The position numbers and the translations under genes are program-made. Below the pieces are notes generated by a model that was not told the origin of the DNA, ran no database searches, and worked only from the letters and a program-made list of their open reading frames with translations. Positions 39,122-47,964 of a stretch of DNA of 64,000 bases are shown piece by piece. The DNA lies in the NCBI GenBank assembly GCA_041550235.1, contig JBFEPE010000003.1, forward strand, positions 1,199-65,198. The letters run 5' to 3'. The DNA comes from Minisyncoccia bacterium. GTDB lineage: Bacteria; Patescibacteriota; Minisyncoccia; UBA6257; JAAZHW01. How positions within the stretch are numbered: the first letter of the stretch is position 1; the number at the start of each line of letters is the position of its first letter.

Positions 39122-40081
39122 TTACTTTTTTTTGAGATCGATCATTCCAGACAAATCAGCAACATATTGAAGTGGGTTTTGTGTAATCAGCGTATTGCCA
39201 TTCTCTGCGAAAGTATTGAGAATTCCTTGATTATCTTGATACCTGACGATTCCAAGGGCTTCTTTAAATGTGATTTTGAACTCTTCCATGAGGGATTTTA
39301 TCGTCTTTTCAACCGCCTTAATTTCTTCCTCTTCTCCTATTCTTTTTGCTTCGGCTTTCTCTTTAGCGACTTCTTTTTCTTTTTTTGCTTTTTCTATAGC
39401 AGTATAAGAAGCAAGAAGTGTTGGGTCTTCTGGTTCAATATTTAGTATTTTACAAACCACATCCTGTCCAAATTTTTCATCAAGGTGATTTTCAATCATC
39501 CTTGATAACTCCATCGTATCTTTAGATTTCAAATTAATCCATGTCCCATTTTCTCTAGCGAGACTTCTTATTCCCCCTTCTATTGTAAATAATAGTGTGG
39601 CATCTGGGTTATCTGTTTTGTAGGTAAAATTTCGCACATTTGATATTAGATTTTCCTTGTTTGTGCCATGAATTTGAGTCTCAATTAGCATATCAAATTT
39701 TAATGGGACATTATCTTCGCAAATTATGTCATTATAGGTCTTTGGAAAAACTTTTTTCATGAGATTGATTTCATATTTACCTAATTTCTTCACTTTTTTC
39801 TCAAGGGGGAACCATATAAAATGGGGTCCTTTTGTCAGAATCCTGGAATCTCTACCTAGAAATTGAGTAGCGACTGCTGTTTTCTCCTCAACTATCAGAA
39901 AGGCTTTTTTCAAGTAGAAGAAGGTGATTATAAGGGTTATAACTATTGAAGCAGGGAGAACAACCGATGGAAGTGGGATGAGGGACATTATCAGAAAAAG
40001 AATCAACCAAAAAACAAAAACTGCCGCAAAACCAATCAATAAATTTTTTGCTTTTCCAAATAAAGCTTTTAGAATATCCAT
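39122..40081 (-). CDS. SPFH/band-7 (stomatin/prohibitin-like) membrane protein
   Basis: N-terminal TMs, 'TKGPHFIWFP', and a C-terminal 'AKEKAEAKRIGEEEE' coiled-coil typical of HflK/C-like proteins. Confidence 0.65.
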   Translation of the reverse strand: MDILKALFGKAKNLLIGFAAVFVFWLILFLIMSLIPLPSVVLPASIVITLIITFFYLKKAFLIVEEKTAVATQFLGRDSRILTKGPHFIWFPLEKKVKKLGKYEINLMKKVFPKTYNDIICEDNVPLKFDMLIETQIHGTNKENLISNVRNFTYKTDNPDATLLFTIEGGIRSLARENGTWINLKSKDTMELSRMIENHLDEKFGQDVVCKILNIEPEDPTLLASYTAIEKAKKEKEVAKEKAEAKRIGEEEEIKAVEKTIKSLMEEFKITFKEALGIVRYQDNQGILNTFAENGNTLITQNPLQYVADLSGMIDLKKK

Positions 40082-40236
40082 TTTAATTTCTCCTTTTTTA
40101 ATCTATATTTATTTTTTAATTCTCACCGTAATTGGCTGGGTGTATTATATCACAAATAAAGAATTTGTCAATATTGATTATATTTTATAAGTTATAATGT
40201 TTGTATTGATATATTTTTCAAGAGTGAGAAGGAGAG

Positions 40237-40267
40237 ACTACCCCGCCCCTTCGGGGCGGGGTAGTCA
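40237..40267. repeat. GC palindrome 'gactaccccgccccttcggggcggggtagtc'
   Basis: Perfect inverted repeat. Confidence 0.8.
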
Positions 40268-40309
40268 AGAATTTTAAATAAAAAATGTGAGGTATAATAT
40301 AATAAATAT

Positions 40310-40579
40310 ATGACTTTATTTCAAAAATACATTCAAGCAGCCCTTCATAAGGCAAAATATAAAATAGATAAAGAAAAAAATGTCTACATTGCCTTTGTTG
40401 AGGAATTGCCAATTTGTTGGGGACAAGGAGCGACTTATGAGGATGCGAGACAAGAATTAGCCAATGTTATTGAAGGTTGGGTTCTTTTGGGTATTCAACA
40501 AGGCGACACTATCCCCCCAATCGGCGGAATTAATTTAGAGAGTATTCTTCATCCCAAGAATCAAGTTCAATATGCCTAA
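40310..40579 (+). CDS. HicB-like antitoxin (second pair)
   Basis: 'VYIAFVEELPICWGQGATYEDARQELANVIEGWV...GDTIPP' matches the HicB fold pattern. Confidence 0.6.
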   Translation: MTLFQKYIQAALHKAKYKIDKEKNVYIAFVEELPICWGQGATYEDARQELANVIEGWVLLGIQQGDTIPPIGGINLESILHPKNQVQYA

Positions 40580-40796
40580 ACTAACCCCTCTATCAAGAAA
40601 GGAATTTATTAAGAAACTTAAGGGCTTTGGGTTGCAAGGTCCTTTTCAAGGGGGAGATCATCAATTTATGTGTAATAAAAATTGTAGAATAAAAGTTCCC
40701 AATTCTCACAGCAAAAAAGATATTCCTATTTTTATTATTCAATTAACTATAAGGCAATTAGGCAAATCAAAAGATGAGTGGATAAATAAAAAATAG
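40572..40796 (+). CDS. HicA-like toxin (second pair)
   Basis: 8-nt overlap with the upstream ORF; 'KLKGFGLQGPFQGGDHQFM...KVPNSHSKKDIP' resembles YcfA/HicA. Confidence 0.55.
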   Translation: MPKLTPLSRKEFIKKLKGFGLQGPFQGGDHQFMCNKNCRIKVPNSHSKKDIPIFIIQLTIRQLGKSKDEWINKK

Positions 40797-40821
40797 GGTA
40801 TAATGTTTATATAGCAAAAAT

Positions 40822-41871
40822 ATGTTGGCAACAATTCCCACAAAAGAAAATATAATAAAAATAATGGAGGGGCTATCTCCTGAATTAAGGCAGACAATAT
40901 CAAGCCGTGAAACAGCTAAGGATATTGAAAATGCCGTCTTAATGCATAAAGTTCCAACAGAAAAAATAAAGGGACTAGTATCATCAGTCGGCTATGTTTT
41001 GCTCGGATTATATAATCACGAAGAATTTACAAAAGATTTATCTAAAGACTTAGGAATAGATCCGCTAATTGCAAGAGATTTAGCAATAGATATTGATAGA
41101 AGCATTTTTTTGCCTATTCGTGATGAAATAAAAAAAGCCCATAAGATTTTCAAAGAAGGCGGAATCAAGAAAGTTGAAAAAGTTGAAGGAATAAAAAAGA
41201 TAGAAGAAATTAAAAAAGAAACAATAATTCCAAAAGAGGAAGAAGAAAAGAAAGAAGAGGAGAAAAAATTTGAAGAAAAGAAATTTGAGAAAAAAATATT
41301 TCCAAAAAGTTTTGCTCCCAAAAAAATTGGCCCAATGGTAGATATAAAGAAGAAGGAAGAAGTCCGAAAAGAATTTAAGCCAATTTCAATTAGAGGAGAA
41401 GAAGCAAAAGTAAAGCCAACACTACAAACAAAATCTCCAATTTCAAGTGTATTTGAGCAAGTAGAAAAAAAGAAAGAAGAAGTAGTTTCAAGATTAGAAA
41501 TAAAGAAGGACGAGCCAACTAAAATAGTTAATTTTACTGCTGATAATTTATCCCCACCTCCACAAATTGAGAAAAAACCGGGGGCAGTAGAAAAAACGAC
41601 TATTCCATCGCCAAAAGAAATGGCAGATGAAGGATTGATGATGGAGAAAAAACTGGAAATGGCAGGAAAAATAATGGAAAAAAAAGTAGGGGGAATAATA
41701 GTGGAGAAAAAAGAAAAAGAAGAAAAAAAGATTGAGACAATGGCAGAAAAAGAAAAAGAAGTAGGGAAAATGGTAATTGAGAAAAAAGAAGAATTAGAGA
41801 CAAAGGCAATAGCAGAAGAAAAAACAAAAGAAAAAGAAAATATAATAAATCTAAAAAAATTAAAGTTTTAA
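40822..41871 (+). CDS. Hypothetical K/E-rich protein (349 aa)
   Basis: Structured N-terminal ~110 aa followed by low-complexity KE repeats. Confidence 0.45.
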   Translation: MLATIPTKENIIKIMEGLSPELRQTISSRETAKDIENAVLMHKVPTEKIKGLVSSVGYVLLGLYNHEEFTKDLSKDLGIDPLIARDLAIDIDRSIFLPIRDEIKKAHKIFKEGGIKKVEKVEGIKKIEEIKKETIIPKEEEEKKEEEKKFEEKKFEKKIFPKSFAPKKIGPMVDIKKKEEVRKEFKPISIRGEEAKVKPTLQTKSPISSVFEQVEKKKEEVVSRLEIKKDEPTKIVNFTADNLSPPPQIEKKPGAVEKTTIPSPKEMADEGLMMEKKLEMAGKIMEKKVGGIIVEKKEKEEKKIETMAEKEKEVGKMVIEKKEELETKAIAEEKTKEKENIINLKKLKF

Positions 41872-41872
41872 T

Positions 41873-42268
41873 ATGCCAACATTCCAAGTGCCACAATTTA
41901 TTGATATAGAGGATAAGATTATCGGGCCTCTCTCATTGAGACAATTTATAATTTTAGCAATAACTGGGGGCTTGCTATTTGCTTTATTTAAAATTTTTCA
42001 ATTTTGGTTGTTCTTTATTTTTGGAGGAATAATTGCGGCATTAGGAATGTCGTTGGCATTTGTGAAGATAAATGGGCAAAGATTTGATAAGGTTGCATTG
42101 AATGCTTTGAGATATTTTATCTCTCCGCGACTCTATGTTTGGAGAAGACCAGAAAAAAGTAAGCAATTATCAGTTGCTCCAAAGATAGAAGTAAAGAAAA
42201 AGGTTGAGGAGCAGAAGAGAATGACTCTTGAGCAATTAGAGGAATTTGCCAAAAAATTGGATAAATAG
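41873..42268 (+). CDS. VirB3/PrgI-like small two-TM protein
   Basis: 'FQVPQFIDIEDKIIGPLSLRQFIILAITGGLLF' resembles the PrgI-family N-terminal motif; lies directly upstream of VirB4-related ORFs. Confidence 0.4.
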   Translation: MPTFQVPQFIDIEDKIIGPLSLRQFIILAITGGLLFALFKIFQFWLFFIFGGIIAALGMSLAFVKINGQRFDKVALNALRYFISPRLYVWRRPEKSKQLSVAPKIEVKKKVEEQKRMTLEQLEEFAKKLDK

Positions 42269-42276
42269 CAACAAAT

Positions 42277-42936
42277 ATGCCAGCAGAAATATCAACAGAA
42301 CAATTTGTAAGTATAGAAACAATAAAGGACGATTCCGTCGTATTAAAGGACGGCTCATTAAGAGCCGTTATAATGGTTTCTGGAATAAATTTTGATTTGA
42401 AATCAGAAGACGAGCAAAATTTAATTATTGGCTCATTTCAAGGTCTTTTAAATAGATTAGATTTTTCAGTTCAATTCATTACTCATTCAAGAAAGCTAAA
42501 TATTGATAGTTATCTAAGAGATATGGGTAAGAGAAGCGAGAAAGAAGAAAATCCATTATTAAAAAATCAAACAACAGAATATATAAGTTTCATAAGCTCG
42601 CTTGTGAATGTTGCCAATGTGATGTCAAAAAGATTTTATGTCGTTGTTCCCTATAGTGTTTTGGCAGTTGAGGCAGAAGAGACAATCTCAAAATTTATTG
42701 GGTTTTTGCCTTTTGGAAAGGGAAAGTCTAACAATGAGGCAAATAAGAAAAAGGAGAATTTTGAGTCACAAAAAATTCAGTTAAAGCATAGGGTAGATTC
42801 TGTAATGGCTGGATTGAGATCAACCGGAGTGAGGAGTATTAGATTGGAGACAGAAGATTTATTGGAGCTTTATTATAATCTTTATAATCCGGAAAAGAAG
42901 GAAAAGAAGATCCCAAAAATATTTGAGGATATTTAA
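42277..42936 (+). CDS. VirB4/TrbE N-terminal-domain-like protein (219 aa), apparently the detached N-domain of the VirB4 ATPase
   Basis: 'SIETIKDDSVVLKDGSLRAVIMVSGINFDLKSEDEQ' resembles the VirB4/TraC N-terminal region; together with the 604-aa ORF it totals 823 aa, the length of a full VirB4. Confidence 0.45.
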   Translation: MPAEISTEQFVSIETIKDDSVVLKDGSLRAVIMVSGINFDLKSEDEQNLIIGSFQGLLNRLDFSVQFITHSRKLNIDSYLRDMGKRSEKEENPLLKNQTTEYISFISSLVNVANVMSKRFYVVVPYSVLAVEAEETISKFIGFLPFGKGKSNNEANKKKENFESQKIQLKHRVDSVMAGLRSTGVRSIRLETEDLLELYYNLYNPEKKEKKIPKIFEDI

Positions 42937-42940
42937 TAAA

Positions 42941-42976
42941 AAGGGGCAGGGTGTTTTTTCACCCGCCCTTTTCGGC
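42941..42976. terminator. Bidirectional terminator (gggcagggtg...cacccgccc flanked by A- and T-runs)
   Basis: 'aaaaggggcagggtgttttttcacccgcccttttcgg'. Confidence 0.6.
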
Positions 42977-42981
42977 AATAA

Positions 42982-43302
42982 CTAAAATTTTACCACGGCC
43001 GCAAGTACTGATTTCCCGTTATTAAAATCTTCGGGAGTTCCCCAATTGAGCCAGTTTCGAAAATTAATTTCTACAAGCCCTTTAGTAGGGGTAGGAATAC
43101 TATAATCCGTTTTTGGTTTGCAATTCAAGGTGCTACCGTTATTACTCTTGAGCAGAATGTTTTTTACAAATATCCCATCTCGGAATGACACTTCTTTAAT
43201 AGTCCAACCAAGATGAATAACCTCGTCTGAGTCCACAAATTCAATAGTCATTTCCTTGTTTATTCTAGCATTTGAATAAAGATCTCTTTTTTTTCTAGTC
43301 AT
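42982..43302 (-). CDS. Hypothetical protein (106 aa) inserted between the two VirB4 parts
   Basis: Strong RBS 'aataggaggaataaata' before the ATG; divergent from the promoter module. Confidence 0.45.
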   Translation of the reverse strand: MTRKKRDLYSNARINKEMTIEFVDSDEVIHLGWTIKEVSFRDGIFVKNILLKSNNGSTLNCKPKTDYSIPTPTKGLVEINFRNWLNWGTPEDFNNGKSVLAAVVKF

Positions 43303-43388
43303 TATTTATTCCTCCTATTTTTTTAATTTTTAACATCTTAACGGAAACTCAACCATCAAATTTCCCGCCAACATTATATCACAAATAA

Positions 43389-43445
43389 ATATATTTGTCA
43401 ATAGTGGGGGTTGGGTTTGACTTATAATAGTATTAATGAACATCC
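43389..43445 (+). promoter_or_regulatory. Conserved promoter-like element, copy 1 ('tgtcaatagtgggggttgggtttgacttataatag')
   Basis: Near-identical to 46727-46793; contains TATAAT at 43423-43428. Confidence 0.55.
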
Positions 43446-43579
43446 TGTCTTCGTCGACCCGCCTTCGCTAAAGCTACGGCAGGGCAGGGGACTTCGGCGG
43501 GCAAAGGAGAAACACCCCGTCCCGCCAAGAGACGAGCCACCCCTCTATAAGAGGGGAATAAGAAATAAGATAAAAAAAT
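43446..43579 (+). promoter_or_regulatory. Structured GC-rich 5' leader of virB4 with the motif 'ggagaaacaccccgtccc-hairpin-ccacccctctataagagggg'
   Basis: The motif recurs at 46826-46880 and 47383-47448. Confidence 0.5.
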
Positions 43580-45394
43580 ATGGCGATAGCAGATTTCTTA
43601 CCATTTTCAAAAAAAGGAGAAGACCAGCCGGTGGCTATTCCCGAAGTATATAAATTTGGACCGCAAACAGCGAGGGATCTTTTGATTCCCCCAGCATTAG
43701 AAGTAGAATCAAATTTTTTAAAAATTGGAAATCTTTTTGTGAAAACATTATTTATCATTGCTTATCCAAGATATCTTTCTACGGGATGGTTTTCGCCGGT
43801 TATAAATATAGACCAAACCGTTGATGTATCAATATTTGTTCATCCAGTTGATACCGGCTCTGCATTGAAAAAATTAAGAAAAAAGACCGCTCAAGTTCAA
43901 GCACAATTAGCAGAAAGACAAGAGAAGGGATTTGTGAGAGACCCCGCATTGGATATGGCATATCAAAACCTGGAAAATCTAAGAGACTCATTGCAACAAG
44001 CAACAGAAAAACTTTTCAATGTCGGTGTATACATTACAATTTATGCTGATACAATGGAAGAATTAAGCGATGTGGAAGGCAAGGTTGTCTCATTTTTGGA
44101 GGGCAGAATGATTTATGCAAAGCCCGCTCTTTTTCAACAAGCACCGGGATTAGAATCAAGTTTTCCATTGGGGTTAGATAGATTGAAAGTTCATAGTGTT
44201 TTAAATTCATCACCATTATCAAGTATGTTTCCGTTTGTTTCCGTTGATTTAACATCAGATTCTGGAATACTTTTTGGGTTAAATAGACATAATAATAGTT
44301 TAATAATTTTTGATAGATTTTCTTTGGAAAATGGAAATATGGTTATATTTGCAAAGTCAGGTAGCGGAAAATCATATTTCACAAAATTAGAAATTTTAAG
44401 GTCATTAATGATAGATACAGATGTTTTGGTTATTGACCCTGAAAATGAATATAGATATCTTTGTGATACCGTTGGCGGTTCATATATTGATATCTCCCTC
44501 ACTTCTCCTCACAATATCAATCCATTTGATTTGCCCCCTCTTATGCCCGACGAAAGTCCAGCCGAAGCATTGAAGTCTAATGTTTTAAACCTCACAAGTT
44601 TGTTGAGAATAATGCTCGGTGATTTATCATCTGAAGAAGCAGGAATATTGGATAGGGCAATCAGCGAAACTTATTCATCAAGAGACATTACCCCTGAAAG
44701 TGATTTTTCTATTATCACTCCGCCCTTAATGGAAGACTTACAAACCGTTTTGGAAAGTATGGAAGGGGGGCTTAATCTTTCTGAGAGATTATATAAATTC
44801 ACAAAAGGAAGTTTTGGTGGATTTATAAATCGCCCTACTAATATTGATATTGTAAATCGATTAGTTGTTTTTGGAATAAGAAACTTAGAAGATGAACTTC
44901 GTCCAATAGCAATGTTTATTATTCTTAATTATATTTGGAACCTTATTCGTTCTAATGTGAAGAAAAGAATATTGATAATTGATGAGGCATGGTGGATGAT
45001 GAAGTTTCCTGCGGGAGCAGATTTCTTATTTGGATTAGTGAAAAGATGCCGTAAATATTTTTTGGGAGTTACTACCATCACTCAAGATGTTGATGATTTT
45101 ATTCGCTCGCCACAAGGAATGCCTATTATCACGAACTCGGCACTTCAAATGTTGATGAAGCAATCTACTGCTTCTATTGATAATGTTGCTGAAACATTCA
45201 GTTTAACTAATTCTGAAAAGCAATTATTGGTTGAGGCGGATATTGGAGAGGGGATATTTTTTGCTGGTCTCAAGCATGCTGCTATTAAGGTCATTGCTTC
45301 TTATGCTGAGGATCAAATAATCACAACAAACCCCGCTCAATTATTAGAGATAGCAGAAGCAAAGAGAGAATTTGGCGAATCCCAAGGATTTTAA
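43580..45394 (+). CDS. virB4: VirB4/TrbE/CagE-family T4SS ATPase (middle and ATPase domains)
   Basis: Walker A 'AKSGSGKSYF', Walker B 'RILIIDEAWWMM', N-terminal 'YPRYLSTGWFSPV' region typical of VirB4. Confidence 0.8.
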   Translation: MAIADFLPFSKKGEDQPVAIPEVYKFGPQTARDLLIPPALEVESNFLKIGNLFVKTLFIIAYPRYLSTGWFSPVINIDQTVDVSIFVHPVDTGSALKKLRKKTAQVQAQLAERQEKGFVRDPALDMAYQNLENLRDSLQQATEKLFNVGVYITIYADTMEELSDVEGKVVSFLEGRMIYAKPALFQQAPGLESSFPLGLDRLKVHSVLNSSPLSSMFPFVSVDLTSDSGILFGLNRHNNSLIIFDRFSLENGNMVIFAKSGSGKSYFTKLEILRSLMIDTDVLVIDPENEYRYLCDTVGGSYIDISLTSPHNINPFDLPPLMPDESPAEALKSNVLNLTSLLRIMLGDLSSEEAGILDRAISETYSSRDITPESDFSIITPPLMEDLQTVLESMEGGLNLSERLYKFTKGSFGGFINRPTNIDIVNRLVVFGIRNLEDELRPIAMFIILNYIWNLIRSNVKKRILIIDEAWWMMKFPAGADFLFGLVKRCRKYFLGVTTITQDVDDFIRSPQGMPIITNSALQMLMKQSTASIDNVAETFSLTNSEKQLLVEADIGEGIFFAGLKHAAIKVIASYAEDQIITTNPAQLLEIAEAKREFGESQGF

Positions 45395-45474
45395 ATTTTT
45401 TGTTTTTGATTTTTTTTGAAATAAAAAAACAGCATTTGAGGATTTCTCCCCAAATGCTTTCTAATTTTTATACT

Positions 45475-46647
45475 TCATCCCATTCTGTTTTCTTCAATAA
45501 ACTGCTTTATTTTTTCGGAATGCGAGCATCTTAAATAATGTCTTATTCTTCTTGCGATTCTAGTTATTCCAATATCCTTATCTTCATCCTCATCTCCCCC
45601 TCCAGTCATCTCTTTTCCTTTCACTTCTCTTATCATTCCATCAAGATAAGAATTAGATGCCTCTTTTGATTGAATTTGCTCAAGTCGTTCAATCGTGATT
45701 TCATTTTCATCTATAAATCTTTCCATCAAATCTCGGAATGCCCACTGCTCTTTCAAGTCATTACTTGGCTCAAAGCCAAACCAAGAAATAAGATTTTCTT
45801 CCTCTGTAGAAACTCGTCCTTGATTGATCAATCCCTGCAGGTTTTCTCTTGTGAAGCCAAATTCCCCAACTTTTAACAAAAATTCAGGCGAATTTTCAAA
45901 AGGGAAGACCTTTAAAATGCTATCCCAAAATCTGTCTAGGTAGCAATCGCTAAAAGAATTTTCCCCAACAAGATATTTAAGGTTTTTTTCAAGCACTTCT
46001 GCCATTTCAAATAGAGAAAGATAAATTTTCTTTATTCCCTCAAAAATTGTTTGGCTATTTGATTTTTTCCATAATTTCCACAAGCCATCAATATAATGAC
46101 TCATTGAATGTGCCCAGTAAAAATATCTTTTTTCTTCCAATGCAAAAGCACTTAAAGCTATTTCTATTCCGCGAGAAACACATTCAACATCACCGTTTTT
46201 AAGGGCTGCCTCTAGTGAATTCATTTGCAAATAATTTTTTTTCGATGCCTCCTTCGCCCCATAGATATACCCACCAAGTTTTGCAAATCCTTTTCTTAGA
46301 TTTTGTTCTTTAAGAATAGTCAAAAACTTTTCAATATCTTTACTCGCCTGATAGTGAAAGCGGACTCTTGTTTCGGGAAAAAGATTGGGATCGCCAGAGT
46401 TATCAATCCAAACATAGTCATCAAAATTAAATCCTTTTTTTCTAAGACTCGCAATGACTTCGCTTCCGCAGACCATCCCCAAAAAAAATCCAATCAGAAT
46501 AATCTCAATGTTGTTTTCTTTTAAGAAATCAACAACCTCATCATCTGTCTTCGGGGTTAATGCAAATGTTTGGTGTCCAAGATTTTTGGCAACCTCTCTT
46601 TGTTTTTCGGTTTCATTCAGAAACCAATCAATCCATACGATATTCAT
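45475..46647 (-). CDS. Hypothetical protein (390 aa)
   Basis: RBS 'aataggaggaataaa' before the ATG; divergent from promoter module copy 2. Confidence 0.5.
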   Translation of the reverse strand: MNIVWIDWFLNETEKQREVAKNLGHQTFALTPKTDDEVVDFLKENNIEIILIGFFLGMVCGSEVIASLRKKGFNFDDYVWIDNSGDPNLFPETRVRFHYQASKDIEKFLTILKEQNLRKGFAKLGGYIYGAKEASKKNYLQMNSLEAALKNGDVECVSRGIEIALSAFALEEKRYFYWAHSMSHYIDGLWKLWKKSNSQTIFEGIKKIYLSLFEMAEVLEKNLKYLVGENSFSDCYLDRFWDSILKVFPFENSPEFLLKVGEFGFTRENLQGLINQGRVSTEEENLISWFGFEPSNDLKEQWAFRDLMERFIDENEITIERLEQIQSKEASNSYLDGMIREVKGKEMTGGGDEDEDKDIGITRIARRIRHYLRCSHSEKIKQFIEENRMG

Positions 46648-46726
46648 TTTATTCCTCCTATTCGTTTTATTTTATTATTTTATTTTTAAACATCAGGAAA
46701 TCTGACTTTCCTGATAGTATGATGTA

Positions 46727-46793
46727 ATATATTTATAAAAATGTCAATAGTAGGGGTTGGGTTTGATTTATAATGGTAAGGATGAACACCCCG
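46727..46793 (+). promoter_or_regulatory. Conserved promoter-like element, copy 2 ('tgtcaatagtaggggttgggtttgatttataatgg')
   Basis: TATAAT at 46769-46774. Confidence 0.55.
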
Positions 46794-47490
46794 CCTTCGT
46801 CGAGACTTCGGCGGGCGAAGGAGAAAACACCCCGTCCCGCCTGAGGCGGACCACCCTTCTATTAGAGGGTGGCACATCCGCCTTTGGCGGAGAATTATAA
46901 GACAAGATTAACAACTCCCAAAGAAAATCAAAATTTCGAATATATAGAGAGTAAATAGAAACAAATTAAGGAATGGGGAGCGATGATCTATATATTCAAA
47001 TGTTTGAGTTTTGCCGATTTTCAAATAGAGGCAAAACGAGTTCTTTCCAGCCAGAGGCGGATCCGCCTATGGCGGAGAATTGATCATCGCGGAGACAAGA
47101 AATAAATTGCAAAGCAATTTCTTTCTTGGCGGGAATGGATATAATTTGTCTATTTACGAACGAAATAGAGAAATTTTAGATTTTTTGGGGAGATAGAGAT
47201 TCCCCGCCGAAGGCGGGCAGGCCGCCGGAGTATTATCCGCCTCTGGCGGACGGGAATGAAAAGAAAGGACGGGCATGACAAGAAAAAAGTGGGGATAATC
47301 TAAATTGTAGCAATAATATAATGGTGGTATAATATAATCAAAGAAAATATCTCCCCGCTTTCGCGGGGATGACGACAAAGAAGGGGAGAAACACCCCGTC
47401 CCAGCCCCTGCGGACAGGGGCTGGACCACCCCTCTATAAGAGGGGAATTATACTCGCCTTCGTTGAAACTTCGGCGAGGCGAAGAAAAAT
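46794..47490 (+). other. ~700-nt non-coding GC-hairpin-dense region; candidate long structured leader or ncRNA
   Basis: No credible ORF; ORF-track hits here are Pro/Arg-rich translations of hairpins; contains the leader motif twice, the 61-bp repeat and the 'aaaatcaaaatttcgaatat' box. Confidence 0.45.
47198..47258 (+). repeat. ~61-bp composite two-hairpin repeat, direct copy
   Basis: 'gattccccgccgaaggcgggcaggccgccggagtattatccgcctctggcggacgggaatga'. Confidence 0.8.
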
Positions 47491-47952
47491 ATGGCGGAGG
47501 AGACAAAAACAAAAATTGAAAAACCATTACAAGTTCCACAGAGAAAACCTCAAATACCAACAGGCGGAGCGAGAACCATTAGACCAAAACTATCAAGATT
47601 CTTGCCGGTTGGAAGAAAAAGAGAGGGAGCATCTCAAAAAGAATCAGGAACAATAGGGAAAATAACAAAAAAGGGGACATTAATAATGGGAACTTTGATT
47701 TTTTTGCCAATTATTCTTTTGGCTGATGTAGTTGATATCTTTACATTAGCAGGTCCAGTATTAATAGTTTCATGGATATTAGATATATTATCCTTTGTTT
47801 TCCCAGCCGTATTTCTTTTGATTGCCAACAAAGGACAGGGGATTATGAGATACGGGATGGCATGCTTTGCCGAAGGAATACCAGTCGTAGAATGGGGGAC
47901 ATGGAGAATAATAGTTCTATTGATGATAATTTTTAGCTCAAAAAGCACCTAA
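47491..47952 (+). CDS. Hypothetical small membrane protein (2-3 TM helices)
   Basis: Hydrophobic C-terminal half; preceded by the leader box 'ctcgccttcgttgaaacttcggcgaggcgaag'; start uncertain. Confidence 0.4.
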   Translation: MAEETKTKIEKPLQVPQRKPQIPTGGARTIRPKLSRFLPVGRKREGASQKESGTIGKITKKGTLIMGTLIFLPIILLADVVDIFTLAGPVLIVSWILDILSFVFPAVFLLIANKGQGIMRYGMACFAEGIPVVEWGTWRIIVLLMIIFSSKST

Positions 47953-47964
47953 TCAATAATTAAT

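Noticed and set aside
43411-43758. ORF-track ORFs 43411-43653 (+) and 43474-43758 (-)
   Set aside because: Pro/Arg/Gly-rich translations of the GC-rich leader and hairpins upstream of virB4. They overlap the real virB4 start.
47154-47656. ORFs 47154-47429 (-), 47300-47560 (-), 47369-47656 (+), and also 8369-8587 (+) and 46686-46877 (-)
   Set aside because: Mutually overlapping frames across palindromic GC repeats. The composition is driven by the hairpins, not by codon usage.
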